This document shows positions 1 to 7,283 of a stretch of 28,705 nucleotides of DNA, one piece after another. The notes beneath the pieces are model-generated. The model was given only the letters and a program-made list of their open reading frames with translations. It did not search any database and had not been told where the DNA came from. The number at the start of each line of letters is the position of its first letter. The stretch's first letter is position 1. Source of the stretch: an uncultured Phycisphaerales bacterium (GTDB lineage Bacteria; Planctomycetota; UBA1135; GCA-002748355). The position numbers were made by a program, and so were the translations under genes. The DNA is taken from contig CAYSWE010000001.1 in assembly GCA_964434515.1 (NCBI GenBank), positions 1-28,705 of the forward strand, given 5' to 3'.

Positions 1-2292
1 GTGAAAAAACGCCTCCGCACCGGTGATGTCCTGATACGGTTCGAGCTGCTCGGGTGAGCGCGCAAGGTAGCGAGCCAGGGCCCCGCACTCATCAGCGCCG
101 CGGGGATCGGGGCGGAGGTCGAGCGCCAGGGCCCGGTAGGCGACGAACTCGGCCAACCGGGGCGAGTCTACCTGAATCGTGGTTCGCGTGAGGTGGATTA
201 GGGCGTCTGTTTGGACCCTTCGATCTCGGTAGCCAGTCTCGTCGATTGCCCGCGACACGAGCTCGAACAGCGTGCACAGGTCGGCCGGTGCGGTCGGAAG
301 ACCCTTGGGATCCATGTTGCGCAGCTCGTTCCACGCGCAATCGAATGCCGGTTCGAGCCGAGCCGACGCCGTGATTCGGTACAGCCCGATGCTCGACGCC
401 AGGGAGTCCGGCGCGACGCGAATCGCCGCGCGTTTGCCCTGCAGATCTGCCGCGACCCAGTCTACGACGGCCACAGGGACAGTCGCCGACTCGTGTGGTG
501 TTCCCTCGAGGCTTGCGATCGCGACGCGCGCGGCTGCGAGGTAGTCGCTGCGGCCGGGGGTGGCGGCGGCCGGCGTCGCCTCGAGCTGGCCGAGGTCTTG
601 CAGCGCGAGCCGCACGTTGCCGGCGGTGACATGCCTGCGCAGCGCCAGCAGGAGCACCTCGAAGCGGAGGGCGCGCACGTCGGGATGCAGAGGGTCGACG
701 CGTTCGGCCTCGGTGACCAGCGTGGCGGCCTTCTTGTACGCCTTCTTCCGGACGGCGAGTCGCACTCGAACGAGCCATGGTTCGACGTTCGTTGGATCCT
801 GCGCACACCAACCGACGAGGATGGGCTCGAGGATCTTGTCGCGCCTGCGGGCAGCGTAATCGGACGAGACATGCTGGACGAGTCTGCGAAACCGTTCCGG
901 CGTCGGATGGATCTTGCAGGCGGCATAGCGCAGCGCTGTTTCGACGAGGTCGAACTCAGGCAAGCCTGGCTCCAGTGCGCTCAGGGCTTTGTGCAACGCG
1001 CAGAGCGCGACATGGCAGTGGGCGGCGCGTTCGGTTTCCGGCTCGTCCTCGAGCCAGAACTGGTTGGCGTCCAAGATGTCCTCGAGCTCCTCGCGTGTGT
1101 CTTCCTCGAGGATGGGGCTTCCGGCTAGGTCCAGCGCCAGGATGGAGGTTGCGTGAGCCGCAGTGGGCGCGAGTCGATCCAGGATCAATGCAAGCTCGGC
1201 GGCGTCCAGCTTGCGCAAAGCGGGCGGCCAGGTCGTGGCCGGGCTGAGCAGCTCTCCGATGTCCTTCTCGGTGAGCCAAATGGTCCAGGCGAGGATTCCG
1301 CCCACAGGATCCTCTCGGTCGGAACTCACGGCGGCCAGCCGGTGGAACTCCTGGCCGAAGACCTGAACGAGCTGGTTTACGGCGACGTTCGGATAGGTTG
1401 GGAGTTCGAACAGGTTGGCGAGCGTCCATCGCGCCAGGCGAATCGCCAGGCGGCGGTTGGTCCCGAGGAGGCTCGTGAGCGTGCTTCGCAGGGCGTCGGC
1501 GAAGCGCTTCGCGTCGTCTGCACGCCGGGCGCGGATCAGCTCGCTCACCCGGGAATGGACGGTGGCCGCGGTGCCGAGGATCCTCGATCGCAGTGTGCCG
1601 AGCGCCGGGGTCGGCGGTTGGCTCGTCGTGCTTCCTTGCAGCATCGAGCCGAGCATTACGGCGAGCGGGTGCGGGGCGGTGTCCGCACCGATCCGGTTGA
1701 GAGCGCGCCGCGCTGCGCTGTCGTTGTTGGCGTAGAACGCGTCGATTGCTAGCGCGAGATGGCGCCACGGATCCAGCGGTGCGTCGCGGCCGATGGTCCG
1801 CAGCGCCCGGCGTGACGCGTCCGTGAGTTTGCCGTTCGTGGCCTCGGTGAGCGCCTGGACGACCTTCGTTGCGTCCGGGTCGTCGAGCTGGCGCGGGTCG
1901 GTGAGGTGACGACGAAGCATGTCGGGCGAACATCCGGCCGCGAGTGCGGCGGCCGGGTCGCCGCCGCGAAGCCGCAGGCCAACCTCGACCTCCTTCCACC
2001 GCGACGCGCACTCCGGACACGCGGCCTTGGCTGCGGCCAGCGTCTCCTCGGCTTCACGCTGCATGCCAGCGACAAGGAGGCTCGAAACCCGTGCTTCGTA
2101 GGCGTCGGCCAGGAGCGCTCGTGCGGCATCGCGATGTTCGGCGCCTGCCAGCTTGGTCAGGCGCTTGGCATCCTTGAGGGCGCCCATCGAGCGTCCGCTG
2201 TCGAGCTTCTTGCGCGCCGCCCCGAGCTGGGTTGGTAGGTCGGCCGGAGCGCGCTGGGATTGCTGTCGCTTTTTTGTTCGCTTTTTTGCCAT
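1..2292 (-). CDS. Large helical hypothetical protein with TPR-like segments; partial, 3' end runs off the left edge (at least 764 aa)
   Basis: Manual translation from ATG 2292: MAKKRTKKRQQSQRAPADLPTQLGAARKKL..., open to position 1 (...QDITGAEAFFH). It is absent from the ORF track because it has no stop in the window. TPR-like stretch: WCAQDPTNVEPWLVRVRLAVRKKAYKKAATLVTEAERVDPLHPDVRALR. The + strand ORFs 211..1128 and 1153..1752 are its antisense shadows. Confidence 0.75.
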   Translation of the reverse strand, partial: MAKKRTKKRQQSQRAPADLPTQLGAARKKLDSGRSMGALKDAKRLTKLAGAEHRDAARALLADAYEARVSSLLVAGMQREAEETLAAAKAACPECASRWKEVEVGLRLRGGDPAAALAAGCSPDMLRRHLTDPRQLDDPDATKVVQALTEATNGKLTDASRRALRTIGRDAPLDPWRHLALAIDAFYANNDSAARRALNRIGADTAPHPLAVMLGSMLQGSTTSQPPTPALGTLRSRILGTAATVHSRVSELIRARRADDAKRFADALRSTLTSLLGTNRRLAIRLARWTLANLFELPTYPNVAVNQLVQVFGQEFHRLAAVSSDREDPVGGILAWTIWLTEKDIGELLSPATTWPPALRKLDAAELALILDRLAPTAAHATSILALDLAGSPILEEDTREELEDILDANQFWLEDEPETERAAHCHVALCALHKALSALEPGLPEFDLVETALRYAACKIHPTPERFRRLVQHVSSDYAARRRDKILEPILVGWCAQDPTNVEPWLVRVRLAVRKKAYKKAATLVTEAERVDPLHPDVRALRFEVLLLALRRHVTAGNVRLALQDLGQLEATPAAATPGRSDYLAAARVAIASLEGTPHESATVPVAVVDWVAADLQGKRAAIRVAPDSLASSIGLYRITASARLEPAFDCAWNELRNMDPKGLPTAPADLCTLFELVSRAIDETGYRDRRVQTDALIHLTRTTIQVDSPRLAEFVAYRALALDLRPDPRGADECGALARYLARSPEQLEPYQDITGAEAFFH

Positions 2293-2334
2293 GGCCTGCG
2301 GGCGTCGAGGCTAGCAGGTTGGCTCGTGGCTGGC

Positions 2335-2362
2335 GAGCGCACGCCGGGCTCCCGGCCCGCTC
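2335..2362. other. GC-rich intergenic hairpin (GAGCG/CGCTC outer stem, GCCGGG/CCCGGC inner stem) just 3' of the selenoprotein candidate
   Basis: Inverted repeats read directly from the sequence. There is no U-tract, so it is not called a terminator. Confidence 0.3.
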
Positions 2363-2364
2363 GG

Positions 2365-3624
2365 TTACCAGTGGTAGTCCCAGATCCGTGCTGGGGCGAT
2401 TCGCTCGTTGCGCGCGCCGCTGGCGAGCTGCAGGACGGCGCCGATGGGGCTCGCGGCGAGGTCGTCGCCGCGGGCATTGAACTGCGTGCCGCCCCAGCGC
2501 TTGCCGACGGCGACGAGGTCGAACTCGACGAATTGCGCGCGCTGGCGATCGAACGCCGCGTGTCCCAGGAGCCGCGTTTCCAGGCCGATTTCTTGTTGCG
2601 TTGGCCGGTCGCTGAAGCCTTGGATCCGCCACCGGCCCTTGCGCACCGCGCGGGTCGCACCGGTCAGCTTCAGGCGCACGATGTCGCCCTCGACCCTGTC
2701 GACGGTGGCGATGAGGCGTGCGGTCTGCACGTCGTGTTCACCAAACGGTGGCACTTGACCGCGCACGTTGTCGAGCAGGTTCAGTCGGACCAGTCGCCGG
2801 ATCAGGGGCTGCGGAACCGCGCGTCGCGCGCCGACCTTGGGTTTGGGCGGGACGAACTGTTTGGCCTCGCTCTTCTTGAACCACGCGTAGTCCAGGTTCC
2901 ACGCGCGCGCCCTCCAGTCGCGCGGACGGCTGGCACGGTCGCCGCTGGTTCGCGGTAGATCGCGGGTCGTGATGCGCAGCACCAGGCCGTCTTCGGGATA
3001 ACCGTCGATCCAGCGCTTGGTCTTGCCGAGCTCGGCGATGCGGGCTGCTGGCAAGTGGCGTTCGCTGGCCTCGAGTTCTTGCCACCGGTGGAGCGCGCGC
3101 CGCAGCATCCGGGCGACGACGTGTGCGTGGCGCGTGTTGCAAGACGCGAGGAACTTGCCGCTCGGCGCGACCGCGTAGATCCCCTGTCGCGTGTTGGACG
3201 GTTGGGTGCGCCCCTTGTAGTGACCTTGCTCGGCGAACTCCTGGAACGTCCGGCACTCGACATCCTTGCCGCGCTGCAGCCGCCCGACCTCGTCGGCTAC
3301 TGGAACGAACTGCTCGAGCAACGCTTGAATCTCGGCTTTGGACCAGACCGACCGCCTGGTCACGACACCGTTGTTTCACACGCAGCCGAGCGGGTGGCCG
3401 TTCATCGCCCAGAGCAGGACGGGCTTGTTGGTTCGTTCGCCCTCGATCAGCCCGTTGCGCAGCTCGCTGCGCCACCCGATCTTCCGGAAGGCGAGTTCCT
3501 CGGCCGTCGGCAGGATCGCCGCGCGCCATTCGGCCAGGCTGGCTTGGGTGAGTTGGGCGCCTTGCCTTGGGGTTGGATTGCCCGTGGAAACTGCGAGTAA
3601 CAGTGCAGCAGTGAGGAGTTGCAT
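2365..3624 (-). CDS. Putative exported selenoprotein: thioredoxin-like N-terminal domain with a C-V-U motif (Sec at codon 83) plus an uncharacterised C-terminal domain; 419 aa
   Basis: Track ORFs 3376..3939 and 2365..3363 are in the same frame, separated only by TGA at 3378-3376. Read-through gives ...KPVLLWAMNGHPLGCV-U-NNGVVTRRSVWSKAEIQALLEQFVPVADEV..., a continuous Trx-like pattern. ATG 3624 gives a hydrophobic leader (MQLLTAALLLAVSTG). A SECIS-like hairpin follows the UGA. The gene ends at TAA 2367-2365. Confidence 0.85.
3341..3361 (-). promoter_or_regulatory. Candidate bacterial SECIS element
   Basis: mRNA UGA-AACAACGGUGUCGU-GACCAG-GC-GGUC-GGU-CUGGUC. GACCAG pairs perfectly with CUGGUC. 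The GGUC apex starts 23 nt after the UGA and resembles the E. coli fdhF SECIS apex (AGGUCU). Confidence 0.75.
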
Positions 3625-3717
3625 GCGCAGATTGCACCAGGTTTCCCGCGGAACCACTAGAGCCCGGCCGCTGCGGCAGAACGTTGTGCCGATGCTCGAT
3701 GCGCTGACCCGTATTGG

Positions 3718-3757
3718 TTGACGCTCTGTCAAGGGTATAGATGTAACATAGTTGCAT
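3718..3757. promoter_or_regulatory. AT-rich divergent promoter region with two inverted repeats (candidate operators)
   Basis: TTGAC-N5-GTCAA at 3718-3732 and ATGTAAC-N3-GTTGCAT (one mismatch) at 3741-3757. Positions 3721-3780 are 23/60 G+C. The region lies between the divergent selenoprotein and S8 protease genes. Confidence 0.35.
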
Positions 3758-3838
3758 TTCAAGCTATCGTATGTTTCGATGCACCCGCCCTTCGGGGCAC
3801 CTCTCTTCTCGTTAACCACAGACCACAGGAGCAAGATC

Positions 3839-6538
3839 ATGCAAACCTCTCTGCTCGCTTCTCTCTCTCTCGTCGCCGCGTCGGCGGCTCTGTGTGCGCA
3901 AGGCGGATTTCCTGCTGCGCAGCCTCTGGGGGCAGGCATCGCCGATTCACCCTCGATGGCCCAGTCGCCGGTTCACGCCCGCGCACACGGCCTCCGGGGG
4001 GCACTCCCTGGGACCGAGCGCTGGATTGTTCACTTCAAAAAGCGACCGTTCACGCTCGCCGGCTATCGGGCCGAGATGTGGGGGCGGCGTGATCCGAAGC
4101 AGGTAGCCCGAATCGTCGCCGACCTTGAGGCTCGAATGAAGGCGCACCAGAAGGACTTCATCGATGAGGTGGTGTCCCTCCGCGGCGCTGTCGTCTATCA
4201 ATATTGGATCGTCATTGCTTGTTGCATCGATATTCCTGCGCAGCACATCGCAACATTGCGCAACTATCCGAATGTCGATTGGTTGCAGCCAGACGAACTC
4301 GCGACTCCGCAGATCAAGACTGCGACGAATGCGAGGAACCACAATGCCGACGCCCTGCAGGCGCAGGGATTCACTGGGGCCAATGTAGGCCTTGCGATTA
4401 TCGATACTGGTATCGATATCAATACGCATGGCACCGGTCGCATTCATGTAACGTTGTCGAGGCGCGGCAATACCAACCGGAGCCGGATCTGTGTTGCCCG
4501 GCAGATTGGGGCTCAGCCGTTCGACGATGTGCATGGTCACGGCACCGGCGTTACATCCATTGCTGCAGGTTGGCGTTGGCGTACTTCGACCGCGGACAAC
4601 GGTCACGCATTCGACGCCGCGATTGCTGGATACTCGATCGCGAACGCGACGAATGGAAACTCGGCATTGTCGACCATGGCGGCAGCCTATAACCGGGTTG
4701 CGGCGGACGCTGCCAGGTGTCGCATTGTCGCGACAAACCTGTCCTACTCTGGTAGTGCGAACCCCATGTCCGTGGAGCAAAAGGCCATGGACAGTCTCGC
4801 GCTCAACGCTGATATCGTCAACTGCACTGCGGCGGGGAACTTTGGTTCGAACGTCTCGCGGAGCCACGCCAACATCAACGGGCTCTCCGTGGCAGCGGTG
4901 AGCGAGAATTCGAAGACCTTGGCCGGGTTCTCGTCGCGTGGCATGCAAGGAGGTCGCTATTTCCCGAACATCGCAGCGAACGGGGTCTCGACGAACATGG
5001 CGCGTCGCGACAACGAGACGGTCGACTGGGTTGCCTCCGGAACTTCGATGGCGTCGCCGCAGATGTGCGGCGCGGTCACGCTGATTCGCGGTATCAATCG
5101 TGCCATGCGGGCGGACGAGACGCGCGCAGTCATGCTTGCGTCGACGTTCGCCAGTCCGGGCACGGGAAGCACGATCAAGGTTCTTGGTCCCGGGGCTGGT
5201 TATCTCAAGGACGACGGTGCGCGTGACATCGCGCGCGTGGCCGCGAGACACGGGAGAGCGACGTTGCTTGGGACGACTCGTAGCTTTACGCGCCGAGTCG
5301 TGGTTCGTGTTGGGCAGAGGCTGCAATGCGCGATTGCGTGGAACCGGCACAACGTGAACTCGACGAACTGGTCCAACCTAGACCTCCGCTTGAAGCGCGG
5401 CTCCTCGACCCTCGTCAACTCGAACTCGTCGCTGAACACCGAGGAGTTCGTTCGTTACACGGCGACACGCAACGAGACACTGACCCTTGAGGTCACCTTG
5501 GTCACTCTTGGGGCGGGCGCAAAGAGTCAAGCGTTTGGCTGGGCCTGCTCGCTGTCTACGGGCAGTGCGTCGCTGCCGGGTCGCTACGTGCTCTACGGTC
5601 GCGCATGTCCGGGGTCCCGAACGATCCCGGCATTCCACAACGTGCTTCCGCGGGCCTATCGGACGAAGATGGGGCAGTCAGCCAACACATTCCCGCACGC
5701 GCGGCGCATGCGCTATCAGCAGATATTCCTTGGCTCGGAGATCGGAGTGTCGCAAGTTTGGAGGCAGCTTTGCTTGCGACGTGACGAACGATTTGGCGGT
5801 CCCGCACAACTCCAACGGATTCAGGTGCATCTTGGCCAGTCCACGCGTTCGCCGGCCACGCTTGGCAGAGGGTTCTTGGCCAACTATTCGGGTGCGCGTC
5901 GCCTCGTATTCAGCGGAAACCTCAATCTTCCCAATCGCACTGGCGGGGGAGGGACGCGCTCGTTCGACGTGTGCTTCCGGTTCCAGACGCCGTATGTCTG
6001 GATTCGCAATGGGCGGAACTTGATCGTGGAAATGGTCAATACGAGCCCGACATCCCGGTCGCACTACGAGGATTTTTGTGTAGGGCGGGACGCAACGACA
6101 GCGCGTGCGTTTTCGTTCAATCCGCTGTCGACGACGGCGCAGAGTGTCTATCGCAATCAGGGACTTGTCATGAGCCTGGGGCGCCCGGCACGCAGGATTG
6201 CGCCATTCCTCTCGCATAGCGGTGTGCCGGTCGTCGGGCGCTCCTTCCGGGTCTTTTTGTCCAATGCTCGGGCGCGGACCCGGGCGTATCTGATCCAAGG
6301 GATGCGCACGTCACGTCCGGTTTCGTTAGCCCCGGGTTGTAGGCTGTACGCGACAGTGCAGTCGATTGTCAGTCGAGCCACGACGAGCAGCGGTGGTTTC
6401 GCTGCCGCTACGATTTCGATTCCCAATGACCGATCTCTCATCGGTCGGAAGCTAGCACATCAATGGTGGGTCCGCGATTTCGTGAACCGTCGAGGTTATG
6501 TGTTTACCAACGGCGGCGAAGGCCTGATCGGCGGTTGA
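3839..6538 (+). CDS. Secreted subtilisin-like serine protease (peptidase S8) with multi-domain C-terminal extension; 899 aa
   Basis: Catalytic triad motifs AIIDTGID, HGHGTGVTSIAAG and ASGTSMASP, plus oxyanion AAGN. Signal peptide MQTSLLASLSLVAASAALCA. AGGAG lies upstream of ATG 3839, which is preferred to the track start at 3752. Confidence 0.93.
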   Translation: MQTSLLASLSLVAASAALCAQGGFPAAQPLGAGIADSPSMAQSPVHARAHGLRGALPGTERWIVHFKKRPFTLAGYRAEMWGRRDPKQVARIVADLEARMKAHQKDFIDEVVSLRGAVVYQYWIVIACCIDIPAQHIATLRNYPNVDWLQPDELATPQIKTATNARNHNADALQAQGFTGANVGLAIIDTGIDINTHGTGRIHVTLSRRGNTNRSRICVARQIGAQPFDDVHGHGTGVTSIAAGWRWRTSTADNGHAFDAAIAGYSIANATNGNSALSTMAAAYNRVAADAARCRIVATNLSYSGSANPMSVEQKAMDSLALNADIVNCTAAGNFGSNVSRSHANINGLSVAAVSENSKTLAGFSSRGMQGGRYFPNIAANGVSTNMARRDNETVDWVASGTSMASPQMCGAVTLIRGINRAMRADETRAVMLASTFASPGTGSTIKVLGPGAGYLKDDGARDIARVAARHGRATLLGTTRSFTRRVVVRVGQRLQCAIAWNRHNVNSTNWSNLDLRLKRGSSTLVNSNSSLNTEEFVRYTATRNETLTLEVTLVTLGAGAKSQAFGWACSLSTGSASLPGRYVLYGRACPGSRTIPAFHNVLPRAYRTKMGQSANTFPHARRMRYQQIFLGSEIGVSQVWRQLCLRRDERFGGPAQLQRIQVHLGQSTRSPATLGRGFLANYSGARRLVFSGNLNLPNRTGGGGTRSFDVCFRFQTPYVWIRNGRNLIVEMVNTSPTSRSHYEDFCVGRDATTARAFSFNPLSTTAQSVYRNQGLVMSLGRPARRIAPFLSHSGVPVVGRSFRVFLSNARARTRAYLIQGMRTSRPVSLAPGCRLYATVQSIVSRATTSSGGFAAATISIPNDRSLIGRKLAHQWWVRDFVNRRGYVFTNGGEGLIGG

Positions 6539-6554
6539 CGGGACGTGGTCCCGT
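6538..6554. terminator. Hairpin between convergent genes (possible terminator or stabiliser)
   Basis: ACGGGAC-GTG-GTCCCGT directly after the S8 stop and 4 nt from the DUF938 stop. Only a weak U-tract follows. Confidence 0.4.
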
Positions 6555-6558
6555 GCTT

Positions 6559-7239
6559 CTAGAAGCCGGGGCGAACGCTGGCTTGGCACCGGGGGCCGTT
6601 CGCACCCGGTTGCCAGGTCAGTAGGTCGTTGTTGTTTGGCATCGACGTGACGCTCGCCAGGCGCATGCCGTGCTTTGCGGCGACGCGGGTCACGTCGTCG
6701 AGCTTGCGCACGCCGAGTTGTGGATCGCGCTCGCGCAGGGTCCGGTCGAAGGCCAGGTTGCTCGGTGCGGTGGGGCGACCCGGCACGAGGAATGCCCCGT
6801 AGATCACGAGGACGCCGGTCGGTGCCAATCGTGGTGCCAGGCCGGCGAACAAGGCCTCGGTGGTCGACCAGGGTGCGATGTGCAAGAGGTTGATTGCTAG
6901 CGCTGCGTCCCACGGCCCGGCCGGCCAGGGCCCGGATTCGAGATCGAGCGCGAGAGGCTCACGCAGGTTGGGCACGGCGCTCGCGGTCCGCCATGCACGG
7001 ATGCTGGCCAGCGCGGTCTCGCTTCGATCGGTCGGCTGCCATTCGAGACTGGGAAGCTGTGGTGCGAAGAAGGCCGCGTGCTCGCCGGTGCCGGCTGCGA
7101 GCTCGAGGAGGCGACCGTCTGCCGGCAGCACGCGGCGCAACTCGGCGAGGATCTCGGCGCGATTGCGCGCGACGGATGGCGAGTACGCTCGTCCGTCCGC
7201 GGAGGTGTCGAGCGGTTCCATCCGTTCGGGTCTGCTCAT
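6559..7239 (-). CDS. DUF938 family SAM-dependent methyltransferase-like protein
   Basis: Motifs SVARNRAEI, LLELAAGTGEHAAFFA, WQPTD, INLLHIAPW, YGAF, PSNLAFDRTLR.RDP.LGVR and MPNNN. Start is ATG 7239 (alternative 7221). Confidence 0.9.
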   Translation of the reverse strand: MSRPERMEPLDTSADGRAYSPSVARNRAEILAELRRVLPADGRLLELAAGTGEHAAFFAPQLPSLEWQPTDRSETALASIRAWRTASAVPNLREPLALDLESGPWPAGPWDAALAINLLHIAPWSTTEALFAGLAPRLAPTGVLVIYGAFLVPGRPTAPSNLAFDRTLRERDPQLGVRKLDDVTRVAAKHGMRLASVTSMPNNNDLLTWQPGANGPRCQASVRPGF

Positions 7240-7283
7240 GGTAGGTCGATCCGTCGACTGTTCGGGTTGGTGGTTTGGAGGCA

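Noticed and set aside
211-1752. Plus-strand ORFs 211..1128 and 1153..1752
   Set aside because: They are antisense shadows in codon register with the minus-strand gene 1..2292 and show no protein-like motifs.
2365-3939. Track ORFs 2365..3363 (GTG start) and 3376..3939 as two separate genes
   Set aside because: They are in the same frame with only a TGA and four sense codons between them, and the motif is continuous. The 3939 start also runs antisense into the S8 gene, whereas ATG 3624 gives a signal peptide.
6536-6562. Possible Sec read-through of the S8 stop (TGA followed by a hairpin containing GGTC; would add U-RDVVPCF)
   Set aside because: The stem begins at the stop itself and its loop is only 7 nt from the UGA, closer than in the two candidates or fdhF. 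The GGUC lies mostly in the stem, the protein already ends in a complete terminal motif, and the hairpin sits between convergent genes.
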